Assembly (NCBI GenBank): GCA_963662315.1
Contig: OY759353.1
Coordinates: forward strand, 320,001-384,000
Length of the DNA stretch: 64,000 nucleotides
Reading direction: 5' to 3'
From: Geopsychrobacteraceae bacterium
GTDB taxonomy: Bacteria; Desulfobacterota; Desulfuromonadia; Desulfuromonadales; Geopsychrobacteraceae
The notes beneath the pieces were generated by a model. The model saw nothing but the letters and a program-made list of their open reading frames with translations. It was not told the origin of the DNA and did no database searches. A program made the position numbers and the translations under genes. Below, in pieces: positions 38,582 to 50,852 of the stretch. Position 1 is the first letter of the stretch. Every line of letters begins with the position of its first letter.

Positions 38582-39988
38582 ATGACTGCAAAACAGGAAT
38601 TGCTGAGACTTATTCCCGCTGTTGACCGGATTCTTCGTGAGCCTGCGTTGCAGGACTTAGCCGGGCTGTTGCCTGCAGACTTGCTGGCTCAGGAAGTCCA
38701 GGCCACTGTTGGTCTGGTGCGCCAGCGTATCCTTGCGGGGGAGGCTGTTGGTCCGGATATGTTGTCGGTCGAGTCGTTGTCCGCCTGTGCAGTTAACTCT
38801 TGCCGTCTGTTTATCCAGCCATCGTTACGTAAGGTCATTAATGCCACCGGGACACTGCTGCATACCAACCTGGGCCGGGCGCCTTTGCCGCACAAAGCCT
38901 TGCAGGCCATAGAGCATGTTGCTGCCGGTTATTCCAATCTGGAGTTTGATCTTGCCAGCGGCGAACGCGGGCAGCGTTACAGTCACGTCGAAAAGCTGTT
39001 GGTCCAGCTAAGCGGGGCCGAAGCTGCTCTGGTTGTCAATAATAATTCCGGTGCGGTACTGCTGGCTCTTACTGCCTTAGGGCAGGGGCGTGAAGCGATT
39101 GTTTCGCGCGGGGAACTGGTCGAAATCGGTGGTGCCTTTAGGATTCCTGATGTTATGGCCGCTGGCGGGGTTCAATTGCGGGAGGTGGGAACGTCTAACC
39201 GTACCCATTTGCGCGATTACGTCGGGGCCATCGGTGATAATACTGCGCTTCTACTGAAGGTGCACACCAGCAATTACCGGATTGTCGGTTTTACCAAGGA
39301 AGTCTCCGGGCGCGAGCTGGCTCCTTTAGCCAGGGAGCATAATCTAGTGTTGATGGAGGATCTTGGCAGTGGGCTGCTGCTCGACCTGAGCCGTTATGGG
39401 CTGGAACGTGAGCCGACGGTTCCGGAAGTCGTGAAAGCGGGGGTTGATGTAATTACTTTCAGTGGTGATAAGCTGCTGGGCGGACCTCAGGCCGGTATTA
39501 TTGTCGGTCGGGCCGAGATGCTTGACAAAATGCGCAAACATCCACTGGCGCGGGCGTTGCGCATTGATAAATTGACGTTGGCAGCCCTTGAGGCAACTCT
39601 GCACTTATATCTGAACCCGCAACAAGCATTACGGGACATTCCGGTGCTGCAGATGTTTGCGGCTGAACCGGAGGCGCAACTTAAGCGCTGTCAGCGGGTA
39701 TATGACAAACTTGGGGCTCTGCAATTGGCAGCGGAAATAACACTGTGTGAAGATATTTCGCGGGTTGGCGGGGGCGCGATGCCTTTAACGGAGTTAAGCG
39801 ACTGGGCGGTTGTGATTAAGCCGTTGGCTATGAGTGTTGCCGAGTTGAGCCGCCGACTGCGCAGTTATACTCCTGCTGTTGTGGCACGGGTACAGAACGA
39901 CCAATTATGGATTAATTTGCGCGCGGTTTTTGCTGCAGAGGAAGAAAATCTGGTACAAATTCTGGTCTCTGCCATGCGGGACGTTTGA
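38582..39988 (+). CDS. selA: L-seryl-tRNA(Sec) selenium transferase
   Basis: VINATGTLLHTNLGRA, EIGGAFRIPD, FSGDKLLGGPQAG. Confidence 0.96.
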   Translation: MTAKQELLRLIPAVDRILREPALQDLAGLLPADLLAQEVQATVGLVRQRILAGEAVGPDMLSVESLSACAVNSCRLFIQPSLRKVINATGTLLHTNLGRAPLPHKALQAIEHVAAGYSNLEFDLASGERGQRYSHVEKLLVQLSGAEAALVVNNNSGAVLLALTALGQGREAIVSRGELVEIGGAFRIPDVMAAGGVQLREVGTSNRTHLRDYVGAIGDNTALLLKVHTSNYRIVGFTKEVSGRELAPLAREHNLVLMEDLGSGLLLDLSRYGLEREPTVPEVVKAGVDVITFSGDKLLGGPQAGIIVGRAEMLDKMRKHPLARALRIDKLTLAALEATLHLYLNPQQALRDIPVLQMFAAEPEAQLKRCQRVYDKLGALQLAAEITLCEDISRVGGGAMPLTELSDWAVVIKPLAMSVAELSRRLRSYTPAVVARVQNDQLWINLRAVFAAEEENLVQILVSAMRDV

Positions 39989-41904
39989 TTGTGAATACAT
40001 CTGGGCATTACATCATTGGTACGGCTGGTCATGTTGATCATGGTAAAACGGCGCTTATCCGTGCTCTAACCGGTATTGAAACTGATCGCTTGCGTGAGGA
40101 ACAGCAACGGGGCATTTCTATCGAGTTGGGCTTTGCCCGCCTTGACCTGGGAAATGGGCAGGTTGCCGGCGTCGTGGATGTCCCGGGGCATGAAAAATTT
40201 ATTCCGCAGATGCTCAGCGGTATTGCCGGTATCGACCTGGTTTTGCTGCTGGTTGATGCCAATGAAGGGGTCATGCCTCAAACCCGTGAGCATCTCGAAA
40301 TTATGGAACTGTTACAGGTCCGTAACGGTATCCTGGTTATTTCCAAGGCCGATCTGGTTGAGGAGGATTGGCTGGATATTATCGAAGAAGAGATTCGGGA
40401 GCAGGTGGCAGGAACTTTTCTGGCTAAAGCACCCTGTTGCAGGGTTTCTGCGTTGAACGGGACTGGCCTTGATCATCTGCTGCAGGTGATTCGCGAACGG
40501 TTGGCCCGGGTATCGGCGCGGGACGCCAGCGGTGCGGTACGTCTGCCGGTTGATCGCTGTTTCAGTATCAGCGGTTTTGGGACCGTGGTCACTGGGACTT
40601 TGAACAGTGGTACGATTCATAACGGTGATGCTCTTGAAGTTCTGCCTGCGGGCATTACGGCACGGGTGCGAGAACTGCAGGTGCATGACCAGACTGTGGA
40701 AAAGGCTTTTGCCGGGCAGCGTGTTGCCATTAATCTGTCCGGAGTCGCGCGTGAAGAAGTCCCGCGTGGTTCGGTTATTGGTACGGCTGGTCTTTATCGC
40801 CCTGCCGAGCGGCTTGATGCTCATCTCAGACTGTTGGCGACGGCACCACGATCTGTTAAGTTTCGCGATCCGGTTCATCTGCACCTTGGGACGGGTAGGG
40901 CGGTTGCCAGGGTTGTGCTGTTGGATCGGGATGAGCTTGAAGCCGGTCAGGAGGCTTATGTTCAGCTGGCCCTCGATCAACCGTTGCTGGCTCATCGTGG
41001 TGATCGCTTTATAATTCGCTCCTATTCACCTATGGTGACTATTGGCGGAGGCGTTGTTATTGATAGTGAACCGCACAAGCATAAACGTTTCCACCCCGAA
41101 GTCATTAAACGTCTTCACGATTTGTCTTCCGGCGATCTGGGGTTCTGGTTGCAGAAGCTTGAAGAACTGCAGGTTGCCAGGGTTAAGGATCTGGAAAAGC
41201 ACACCGGAACCAGTCGCGAACAGCTGCTGGCCGGGTTGCAGCAGTTATCGGATGCCGGTGAAATTGTCTTGTTGGGCGATCAGTGGGTGACCACCGGTCT
41301 GGTCCGGAGCTGGAAACAACAGATACCGGCAATTGTTCAGGATTATCAGGTCCGCAATCATCTGTTGCATGGCCTGCCCCGAGCGACGCTGCAGGCCCGC
41401 CTCAGTGCCAAACTGGCCGCTAAGAGTTTTGATGTGTTGCTGCAGGATATCATCTACAACGGGGTTCTCGTGCAGCATGGCGATCTGTTGGCGACCCCGG
41501 ATTGGCAGCCGCAGCCCAACGCTGTTGAACAGGCTGATCTGGAGCGCATTGTCGCAGTGTTTAAGGCGGAAGGGTTTGCGGTTAAAAGTAACCGTGAAAT
41601 ATTCTTACAGCTGGGCATCTCCGTAGACAATATGGAAAGCTATTTGACTTTTTTAGCGCTGGAGGAGCAAATTGTCCGCCTGAACCAGGAAAATTCACTG
41701 GCGTATTCCGTTTATGCCGAAGCTGAGCGGCGTCTTGTTGATCTGCTCGCTAAGCAGGAGGCTTTTACCCTGGCGGAATTTCGCGATCTTATCAATAGTG
41801 GTCGTAAATTGGCCCAGGCCCTGCTGGAATATTTTGACGCCCGCAAATATACCCGGCGCAGTGGGGATCAGCGGGTTGCCTGGCAATTGCCGGAAACGGT
41901 GTAA
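39985..41904 (+). CDS. selB: Selenocysteine-specific elongation factor
   Basis: GTAGHVDHGKT, DVPGHEKF and C-terminal winged helices (SGRKLAQALLEYFD); start may be the GTG at 39991. Confidence 0.96.
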   Translation: MIVNTSGHYIIGTAGHVDHGKTALIRALTGIETDRLREEQQRGISIELGFARLDLGNGQVAGVVDVPGHEKFIPQMLSGIAGIDLVLLLVDANEGVMPQTREHLEIMELLQVRNGILVISKADLVEEDWLDIIEEEIREQVAGTFLAKAPCCRVSALNGTGLDHLLQVIRERLARVSARDASGAVRLPVDRCFSISGFGTVVTGTLNSGTIHNGDALEVLPAGITARVRELQVHDQTVEKAFAGQRVAINLSGVAREEVPRGSVIGTAGLYRPAERLDAHLRLLATAPRSVKFRDPVHLHLGTGRAVARVVLLDRDELEAGQEAYVQLALDQPLLAHRGDRFIIRSYSPMVTIGGGVVIDSEPHKHKRFHPEVIKRLHDLSSGDLGFWLQKLEELQVARVKDLEKHTGTSREQLLAGLQQLSDAGEIVLLGDQWVTTGLVRSWKQQIPAIVQDYQVRNHLLHGLPRATLQARLSAKLAAKSFDVLLQDIIYNGVLVQHGDLLATPDWQPQPNAVEQADLERIVAVFKAEGFAVKSNREIFLQLGISVDNMESYLTFLALEEQIVRLNQENSLAYSVYAEAERRLVDLLAKQEAFTLAEFRDLINSGRKLAQALLEYFDARKYTRRSGDQRVAWQLPETV

Positions 41905-41978
41905 ATGATTTGTGAACCGTGAATTATGTGTCTGTTTACGGTGTATCGATAACCCAACTTAAAGGAAGATGAACTGAA

Positions 41979-43016
41979 GTGACGAAAAGACTTACTTCGT
42001 TATCACGCAGCTCTGGTTGAGCGGCCAAAATTGGTCCAGAGACCCTGGCTCAGGTACTGAGTCAGCTGCCGATAACGCATAATCCTAACCTGTTGTCCCA
42101 GGAAATCCCTTTTGCTGATTCCGCGATTTATCGTTTAAGCGATAATCAGGCGCTGGTTCAGTCGGTGGATTTTTTTACCCCGGTGGTTGATGACCCATTT
42201 CGTTATGGGCAGATTGCCGCGGCTAATTCTTTGTCCGATATTTATGCTGTCGGTGCGCGGCCGATTATGGCCCTGAACCTGGTCTCTTTTCCGGTCAATT
42301 GTCTTGACCCTGAGGTGTTGCTGCAGATTCTGCAGGGTGGGGCGGAAAGAGTTCAGGCCGCGGGTGCGGTTATCGCTGGCGGGCATTCGATTGAGGACGA
42401 AGAACCGAAATACGGGTTAAGTGTTACCGGTCTGGTGGATCCGGGGCTCATGGTTACGGCATGTGGCTGTCAGCCGGGTGACCAGCTGATTCTGACCAAA
42501 CCGCTCGGCACCGGTTTTTTGACCACGGCTTTAAAGGGGGGGATGCTGAGCGAAAGGGATATGGCTGCGGCCATTGACGGCATGGCGACTCTCAACCGCG
42601 ACGCTTCTGAAGTGATGATGGCAGTGGGGGTTTCCGGTTGCACTGATATAACCGGCTTCGGACTGGCTGGGCATGCTTCTGAAATGGCCAGCGCCAGTAA
42701 GGTAGCGATTAAGCTATTCGTTGAGCGGTTGCCTCTTTATCCGCAGGCCAGGGATATGGCGGAAATGGGGCTGGTTCCGGTCGGTGCCCATCGCAATCGT
42801 AAATTCTATTTCTCGGCGGTCCGGGGGCAGGAAGACTGTGATCCTGTTGCTCTTGATATTCTTAGCGATCCCCAGACCTCCGGTGGTTTGCTGATCGCGG
42901 TTGCTCCGGAAAAGAGTTTACACTTGCAGGAGTCTATGCTGCAGCGTGGTGTGCCGGCCTATGTTGTCGGTGAGGTCTGTTCCGGTGACGCCGGGACCAT
43001 TATTCTGGAATGCTGA
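41979..43016 (+). CDS. selD: Selenide, water dikinase containing selenocysteine (UGA at 42018-42020)
   Basis: GTG 41979 after AAAGGAAG; reads MTKRLTSLSRSSG-U-AAKIGP in frame with DFFTP, GGHSI, DITGFGL and DPQTSGGLL. Confidence 0.93.
42033..42065 (+). promoter_or_regulatory. Candidate bacterial SECIS
   Basis: Hairpins GGTC-CAGA-GACC (42033-42044) and CTGGCTCAG-GTA-CTGAGTCAG (42045-42065) just 3' of the UGA. Confidence 0.55.
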
Positions 43017-43019
43017 GAT

Positions 43020-43193
43020 ATGCTGTCTTTGGGAATTGTTGAGTTAACCGTCCTGGTCGCCATTATTGCTGTTATTGGCGGCTGGCGCATGGTTCCGCGT
43101 CTGTTGCGCAGCCTGCAACGCTATCGTTTGCTCCGGCCGGATCTCGCGGCGCGTGTTTCCAGTATCCTGCGGTTTTTTTCCGGGGGCCGATAG
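43020..43193 (+). CDS. 57-aa TatA/TatB-like single-TM protein
   Basis: MLSLGIVELTVLVAIIAVIGGWRMVPRLLRSL...; starts 3 bp after the selD stop; below the ORF-track cutoff. Confidence 0.55.
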   Translation: MLSLGIVELTVLVAIIAVIGGWRMVPRLLRSLQRYRLLRPDLAARVSSILRFFSGGR

Positions 43194-43196
43194 GAG

Positions 43197-45344
43197 CTAA
43201 TAGGAAAATTTCGCAAAGGGGGAGTAGAGCGAGGCATGCAGTGCCTCGTTCAGGGTCACGATTCCCTGCGCTTCGAGTAGTGGTATCAGTTTCAGAAGCA
43301 CTTCACCAGTCACAATCGCATCTCCCAGAGCCGTATGGCGGCCAACGATCGTCACACTCAGGCGGGCGGCAAGCTCTTCCAGTGAATGTGAATCCTGGTT
43401 CGGATGAACAATAGATGATAACAGTAAGGTATCTAAAACCGGGTTGGTGAAAACCAGTCCGGTTTTGCGTTCCTGCAATTCCAGAAAGCGCATGTCGAAC
43501 GCGGCATTATGGGCGACCAGGACGGAGTTGTCGACAAAGCGGTGAAAGTGGGGGAGGACCTTGTCGATGGTTGGCTGTCCTTTAAGCAGGCGCGGTTCAA
43601 TGCCATGAATAGCCACAGATTCTGGCGGGACGAAACGTTTCGGATCGATCAGCTGATCGATGGTTTCGTGGAACAGCAGTTGCCTGTTAATGATCCGTAT
43701 GGCGCCCAGTTGGATGATCTGGTCTCCCTGTGAGGGGTTGAGGCCGGTTGTTTCCGTGTCAAAGACGACATAGGTCAGCTGGGAAAGTGGAATATCCCCA
43801 AGCTCATCCAGATTAGCCCGGCTAAACAGGTTGAACTCGTACGAAACCGGCCGGTGCTCAATTTCACTTTGCAGGCTGGCCCTGCGGTCTTTGGCTAAAG
43901 GTGGCAGACCCAGAACAAAACCTTTGGTTTTATGCTCGCCGTCATCAACAAGGCTGATGCTGCCATCCATACGCCTGATCAGATCGTTGACGCTGAAAGG
44001 TTTTCCCGTTGCATCAGTCAGCAATGGAGTTCTTTTCCAGTCTTGTAGCAGTTCGCTGTCAACCTGGCTGTCCGGCCACGTGAAAGTTATCTCGGTGTTG
44101 TTCTGTTCATCGCTGGTCACTGTGATCACTAACTCTTTAACAGTGGTCTGGTGGTCAAGTTGATCAGCCAGAGAGACCAGGGCCTGAACAATGGTATAAC
44201 TGTCAATCTGCAACCAGATCCCTGCAGGTGCGGTGGCGGTCACCATGAGGCGGGTACGCTCGCTTATCGTCTGACTGATAATGTCAAGCAGGTTATTGGC
44301 CAGAACATGCTCGCTACGGTTAAGTTCATACTGGTGCAAGGCATAGGTGCTGCGTGCCTCATTGGCTTTTTCCTGGAGAATACGTGAGCTGCTGTCAATC
44401 TGGCGGCGATAGGAGTCAAGTTCTGTGCTGTTGAGTTGCGGCTTGCTGAGGATGGTACTGATTGCTGAACGGATGCTCTGCAGGTACTGTTGCTGGTCCT
44501 CAATCAGGGTTTGAATGAGCGTGTCACGGCGCTTGTCTGCTTCAATCTGGCTGGTCATGTCCTCCAGGGTCAAAACGATACCGGAAATACTGCGCTGGCC
44601 ATCCTGCTCTGTAAAAAAGGGGGCCATATTGACGCGCAGATAGAGACCGCCTGGGAGGGTCATCATCGTTTTATTGACCAGCTTTGAGCGACCGGACGTA
44701 TGACATTTATGCAGCATTTCAAGACCATGAACAATAGGGTCCCGGTCGAGAATGCCGAACACTGAGCGTCCCAGCCCCAGGATCCCCTGGTCTGCATGAC
44801 CTTGCTCCTTGCTGGTGAGGATCTGCTGTGCCTGCTGATTATAGAGGAGAATCTGACCGTCGCCGTTACAGACAATAACACCATGGGGAAGTTCAGACAT
44901 AAGGGCCGCAAGGCGGGTGCGTTCTTCATTCAGGGTGGCCTGGGCGACGGCAATCTTGCCGGCAACGTCACATTGGAGTTCGGCGAAGGCATCGGCTGAC
45001 TGGTTGAGAATCTGTGACAGGTATTCTATTTCTTTCGAGGCACTTTTAAGCTCGATTCGATGTTCCGGATTGACTGACGTGATGATTCTGGCGCTTTCAG
45101 CGAGTTTTAAGGTTGGGATGATATAATCATTGAATAGCAGATTGATAAGGGCCCCCAGAATAAACAGTATGGTGATGGTGCCCAGCAGGGGGAAGGGGAG
45201 CAGCTTGCTGATCATGGTGCCGAGGAGCTGTTGTTGTGCTTCGTCCAGACTGGCCCAGGCGCCAATGAGGCTGGCTGCGATAATGCTGGTTACCGCAAAG
45301 TATATAGCAATAAGAAATATCCAGTATTTAAAACTAGGTTTCAT
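43197..45344 (-). CDS. Membrane PAS-domain protein with C-terminal DEDDh 3'-5' exonuclease (Pol III epsilon-like)
   Basis: Two TM segments, PAS domain, then VVFDTETTG, AHNAAFD and RHTALGDA. Confidence 0.85.
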   Translation of the reverse strand: MKPSFKYWIFLIAIYFAVTSIIAASLIGAWASLDEAQQQLLGTMISKLLPFPLLGTITILFILGALINLLFNDYIIPTLKLAESARIITSVNPEHRIELKSASKEIEYLSQILNQSADAFAELQCDVAGKIAVAQATLNEERTRLAALMSELPHGVIVCNGDGQILLYNQQAQQILTSKEQGHADQGILGLGRSVFGILDRDPIVHGLEMLHKCHTSGRSKLVNKTMMTLPGGLYLRVNMAPFFTEQDGQRSISGIVLTLEDMTSQIEADKRRDTLIQTLIEDQQQYLQSIRSAISTILSKPQLNSTELDSYRRQIDSSSRILQEKANEARSTYALHQYELNRSEHVLANNLLDIISQTISERTRLMVTATAPAGIWLQIDSYTIVQALVSLADQLDHQTTVKELVITVTSDEQNNTEITFTWPDSQVDSELLQDWKRTPLLTDATGKPFSVNDLIRRMDGSISLVDDGEHKTKGFVLGLPPLAKDRRASLQSEIEHRPVSYEFNLFSRANLDELGDIPLSQLTYVVFDTETTGLNPSQGDQIIQLGAIRIINRQLLFHETIDQLIDPKRFVPPESVAIHGIEPRLLKGQPTIDKVLPHFHRFVDNSVLVAHNAAFDMRFLELQERKTGLVFTNPVLDTLLLSSIVHPNQDSHSLEELAARLSVTIVGRHTALGDAIVTGEVLLKLIPLLEAQGIVTLNEALHASLYSPFAKFSY

Positions 45345-45539
45345 AATTGCCGTAACCGCCAAGGCTCCGATTTTAGAGGTGGAATGTTAATGGTAACTCC
45401 TTACAATAGTGCCATTGTTCTAGTTTGGAGTTGGTTAATTGGTGTATCTTTTAGATAATTTAATGACGTATTTTAACAAGACTATAGGATAAAAATAAAG
45501 GATTGGCAAACATTGTTGTAATTAAGTTGGGGGGATAAA

Positions 45540-45571
45540 AAAAGCGAACTGCCGTAAGTCAGTTCGCTTTT
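45540..45571. terminator. Intrinsic terminator after purC
   Basis: AAAAGCGAACTG...CAGTTCGCTTTT flanked by A/T runs. Confidence 0.7.
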
Positions 45572-45604
45572 AATTATTTTAAATGGGTTGTGCAGCGCTA
45601 TTGT

Positions 45605-46486
45605 TTATGCCGTAAGGCGTTTAAGCGCTTCCAGGTATTTTTCACCTGTTTTACGCACGATCTCCTCGGGCAGATTCGGAGCTGGTGCGGTTTTACCCCA
45701 ATCGAGGGTTTCCAGGTAGTCGCGCAGGAACTGTTTGTCAAAGCTGGGTTGGGCGCCGCCGGGCTGATACTCGTCGGCAGGCCAGAAGCGTGAGGAGTCT
45801 GGGGTGAGTGCTTCGTCAATCCAGATCAGTTCACCGTTATACATGCCGAATTCAAATTTGGTGTCGGCGATGATGATACCCTTTGTGGCTGCAAAATCGC
45901 GGGCCCGCTCATAAATTTGGATACTGGTATCGGATACCTTCTGAGCGAGGTCCCTGCCACACAGCTCGGCCGCCTTGTCAAAGGAAATGTTTTCGTCGTG
46001 CATACCAAGATCCGCTTTGGTCGATGGTGTAAACAGAGTCTGTGGCAGCTTGTCGCTTTGCAGCAGGCCTGCTGGCAGTGGAATGCTGCAAACTGAGCCC
46101 TGCTTCTGATATTCTTTCCAGCCGCTGCCAGAGATGTAGCCGCGAACGATGCACTCGATAGGCAGGGGGCTGGCTTTTTGGGTCAGCATACTGCGCCCCT
46201 CAAGCTGATCGCGGTACTGGTGTGTGACGGCCGGGAAATCGTCGACCTCGGTAGCGATCAGATGGTTGGGAATAAGGTCGGCCATCTGCTCAAACCAGAA
46301 TTTGGAAATCTGGGTCAGGACATATCCTTTTTGTGGAATCCCTTCGTTCATGATCACATCGAAGGCGGAAATTCTGTCCGTGGTAACAATCAGCAGATGC
46401 TCGCCAAGGTCGTAAATATCCCTGACTTTACCGCGATTGATAAGTTTCAGGCCTGGGCAATTGGTTTCTGTGACGATAGGTGTCAT
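45605..46486 (-). CDS. purC: SAICAR synthetase
   Basis: [37 protein letters not shown]. Confidence 0.96.
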   Translation of the reverse strand: MTPIVTETNCPGLKLINRGKVRDIYDLGEHLLIVTTDRISAFDVIMNEGIPQKGYVLTQISKFWFEQMADLIPNHLIATEVDDFPAVTHQYRDQLEGRSMLTQKASPLPIECIVRGYISGSGWKEYQKQGSVCSIPLPAGLLQSDKLPQTLFTPSTKADLGMHDENISFDKAAELCGRDLAQKVSDTSIQIYERARDFAATKGIIIADTKFEFGMYNGELIWIDEALTPDSSRFWPADEYQPGGAQPSFDKQFLRDYLETLDWGKTAPAPNLPEEIVRKTGEKYLEALKRLTA

Positions 46487-48441
46487 GATTTGCTACTCCC
46501 ACTTTTAAAAGCACTGATCAGGTCTGGTACCATAATATTGATGTCAGCCTGCTGAAGTAAATCGTTGATTTTATTATTAACCATCTGGGTTTTCTTCTCG
46601 GCAAGTAGACGGTCTTTAAGTTGGGTGATGGCGGCTTCGTCGGCCATTTTGAAATCTGCCGGCTTGGCTTCTTTGAGTCCGGCGACCAAGTAACGGTTGC
46701 CAAGTTCATAGACTTTTGGAGCCACAGAATCGTCAGATGTTAACGTGAAAGCGACATCGGCCAGCTCGGTGACTGCTCCGACGCGGGGGATGAAGTTCCC
46801 ATAGCTGCGACTGAAATCTCCGGTTTCTTCCGTTGCTACTTTGAGCGCTTTGGCGGCTTTCTCAAGGTTCTTTTGTTGTTTCGCCTCGGCAAGTAATTTT
46901 TCAGCCAGTTCTTTAGCCAGGCTGGCTGCCTGCTCGCTACGATAAGCCTGCTCAACTTTGTTTTTTACTTCGGCCAATTCCGGCAGGTGGCTTGGCTTGC
47001 GGTCTTTCAGGGCAAACAGGAAAATTCCCTCGGCCGTCTGTATCGGGCGGGCTAACTCGCCAGCTTTAAGTGCAAAAGCGGCCTGGCTGACTTCGAGGAT
47101 TTTTCCGATACCGTCAATGGGATCTTCAAGTGCAAAAAAGCCTGTTTCTTTAATGCCCAGGTTGTTGGCGGAGGCTGCAGCTTCGAGGTTTCCGGTTTTG
47201 CGATTGATATTGTAGGCATCCATGGCCTTTTCATAGGCAAGCTGTTGGGCCTTTTCGGTTGTTAGCCCTTGTTTGACCTGATCGATAACATCAACCAGCG
47301 GTTTTACCCCTGCTTCGGTATGTTCGCTGACCTTGATAATGTGAAAACCAAAGGGGGTGCGAACAACGCCGCTTAGCTGGCCTGGCTTCAAAGCGAAGGC
47401 CGCGTCTTCGAAGGCACCAACCATGATGCCGCGACCAAAGGTGCCAAGATCGCCACCCTTGTCAGCGTTACTCTTGTCATCTGAGTGGGCTTTTGCCATG
47501 GCGGCAAAATCTGCGCCTTCACGCAGCTGCTTAAGCAGGTCTTCAGCAAGTTCGCGCCGTTTGTCAATGGTTTGCTGGTCAGCATCCTGGGCAACTGTCA
47601 ACAGAATGTGGGCGGCTTTGACCTCTTCCTTGATTTCAAACTTGTCAAGGTTACGACGATAGAAACGCTCGACCTCTTCATCGCTAAAGGGGGGAAGTTC
47701 GTTTTTATAGCGGTTCGGGTCAAATTGCAGATAGCGGATGGCAATTCTCTCAGGCACTTCAAATTTGTCTTTGTTTTTCTCAAAGAAAGCGTTGAGCCCC
47801 TGGGAATCGACTTTGACCTTTGTTTCGACCAGCGCCGGTGTCAACCAGGCGATGGTAAGATTGATTTTGTCGCTTTCATTGTGAAAGGCCTGCTCAAGTT
47901 CGGCGTCACCGATCATGGCTCCCTGTTGCAACTGATCACGGACTTTCTGTGTCAACAGTTGGCGACGCTGGGCGTTTTCAAACTGTTCGGGGGTCATGCG
48001 CTGATAATTGAGCACCTGCAGATAACGATCGCGATTGAATTGGCCATTGATCTGGAATGCTTCATATTTGGCGATACTGTCAACCAGCTCTTTTTCGCTG
48101 ACATCCAGATCCATGGCATCAGCCTGTTGAACCAGAAGTTCCTCTTCAATAAGTTGTTGAAGGGCCTGCTGGGGCAGGTTCAGTTGCTTTTCCAGGACCG
48201 CGTTGAAGTTGCCCTGATAGATGCTCTGATAAAGGTTATAGAGATTACTGTAAGCCGTCTGAAATGATGCGTAACTGATCTCGGTGTCATTTACCGTGGC
48301 AGCAACATCACTGGCTTGTCGGCCGTTGCGGTCCTTTGGGGCGGTCAACATCGTGTAACCAATAACAAAACTCAAGATGATCAAACCAAAAGCTATTTTG
48401 ATCAGGATCGATTTTTGCTTGGTTCTGACAAAGTCAAGCAT
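46483..48441 (-). CDS. ppiD: PpiD/SurA-type peptidyl-prolyl isomerase
   Basis: N-terminal TM, SurA-N domain and rotamase motifs [18 protein letters not shown]. Confidence 0.85.
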   Translation of the reverse strand: MLDFVRTKQKSILIKIAFGLIILSFVIGYTMLTAPKDRNGRQASDVAATVNDTEISYASFQTAYSNLYNLYQSIYQGNFNAVLEKQLNLPQQALQQLIEEELLVQQADAMDLDVSEKELVDSIAKYEAFQINGQFNRDRYLQVLNYQRMTPEQFENAQRRQLLTQKVRDQLQQGAMIGDAELEQAFHNESDKINLTIAWLTPALVETKVKVDSQGLNAFFEKNKDKFEVPERIAIRYLQFDPNRYKNELPPFSDEEVERFYRRNLDKFEIKEEVKAAHILLTVAQDADQQTIDKRRELAEDLLKQLREGADFAAMAKAHSDDKSNADKGGDLGTFGRGIMVGAFEDAAFALKPGQLSGVVRTPFGFHIIKVSEHTEAGVKPLVDVIDQVKQGLTTEKAQQLAYEKAMDAYNINRKTGNLEAAASANNLGIKETGFFALEDPIDGIGKILEVSQAAFALKAGELARPIQTAEGIFLFALKDRKPSHLPELAEVKNKVEQAYRSEQAASLAKELAEKLLAEAKQQKNLEKAAKALKVATEETGDFSRSYGNFIPRVGAVTELADVAFTLTSDDSVAPKVYELGNRYLVAGLKEAKPADFKMADEAAITQLKDRLLAEKKTQMVNNKINDLLQQADINIMVPDLISAFKSGSSKS

Positions 48442-48864
48442 TGCAGCGATACTCCTCTTTTTTTATTGTAGTTTTGGGTAAAAAACAGGCTCGCATGTTA
48501 GACCAGCAATTCATTGCAATGCAATCCTTTTTTAGTCCCCTCGGGCCGGTGCTTTGTGGATGTTGCAACTGCTTAATATATATAATCTTAATTCTGGAAT
48601 AGGTCGTTCAATAAAGAAGATTGTCTGTGTGGTTTCAATTTTTATCCCCGGAAAGCAATGATAAAAATACGCCCTGAAGGGTAATTTGGCAGATCTGTCA
48701 ATTGTTCGGAGGCTAGTTTTTGCTGAGCTGTCTGGCTATTTCATGTATATTAAATCGTTGCTAAATGTCGTGACTGTTTGTTAGAGTGGCCAAGTTTTTT
48801 CGTACGCTCTGCTGGTGTTTCTGAAAAAATGAGAATGTTAATCAAATCTCTCTACAGGATATGA

Positions 48865-49917
<1,053 letters not shown>

Positions 49918-50036
49918 TGGTTCCGCTTCTAAAGTGATTCGTTTTTTGACAGGGAGGGTCTTGCGATCCTCCCTGTTCCGTTCCTGTACCACGGGTGTTT
50001 TAGTCATTTGGCCAGCCAGGCTCAATGGGGCAAAAA

Positions 50037-50852
50037 ATGCTTCAACTGCTCAGACGTTATCGCATATTCCTGCTGGCAGTGATTGTGCTGTTAGCTTCAG
50101 TTCTTCTATATTCCTATAACTTGCGCAACAAACAGACGACCACGTTTTTTGAGCGGGCGGTTCTGACTTTTTCCGAACCTTTTCAGACCGTTATTGACGA
50201 TTCTTACAAAAGTGTTGTCGGACTTTGGAATCATTACCTGTTTCTTGTCGATGCCAAAAAAGAAAATGACGCTCTGAAAAATGAGGTGGCTGTGCTGCGT
50301 TTTCGCCTGCAGGAAGTTGAAGAGATCTCTTTACAGAACAAGCGTCTGCGTAAGCTGCTTGATTTTGTTGATGATCTAGATAGGCCGGCGTTACCGGCTC
50401 AGGTGATCGGCGAAGATATCAGTAACTGGGCGAGAACTATTATTATTGATAAAGGCTTAAACTCCGGGTTGCGACATGGCATGCCGGTCGTTGCGGCCCA
50501 AGGCGTTGTCGGCCGGGTTATCAAGGTTGCCCAGAACAGCGCCCGGGTTTTGTTGATTACGGATGCTTCGTCGGCTATAGCAGCTTTGATTCAACGTACC
50601 CGGACTCGCGGGGTCGCGCGTGGAATGGGTGAGGACTTATCTGTTGAGTATGCCTTGAATCAGGACGATATTGAGGTCGGTGACCTGATGATCACGTCCG
50701 GTATGGGGGGTGTGTTCCCTAAAGGATTGCCTTTGGGGCGGGTACTGATGGTTGAGAAAGATCAGTTTGGCCTGTTTCAGAAGGTCAAGGTTCAGACCGT
50801 GGTCGATTTTTCGCACCTTGAAGAAGTTATGGTTATTGTCGGAGAAGATTGA
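50037..50852 (+). CDS. mreC: Rod shape-determining protein MreC
   Basis: TM plus coiled coil, IIDKG, TSGMGGVFPKG; follows mreB. Confidence 0.93.
   Translation: MLQLLRRYRIFLLAVIVLLASVLLYSYNLRNKQTTTFFERAVLTFSEPFQTVIDDSYKSVVGLWNHYLFLVDAKKENDALKNEVAVLRFRLQEVEEISLQNKRLRKLLDFVDDLDRPALPAQVIGEDISNWARTIIIDKGLNSGLRHGMPVVAAQGVVGRVIKVAQNSARVLLITDASSAIAALIQRTRTRGVARGMGEDLSVEYALNQDDIEVGDLMITSGMGGVFPKGLPLGRVLMVEKDQFGLFQKVKVQTVVDFSHLEEVMVIVGED

Noticed and set aside
42093..43016. selD starting at 42093, or a selD pseudogene
   Set aside because: The upstream TGA is at the catalytic Cys/Sec position and selAB are adjacent.
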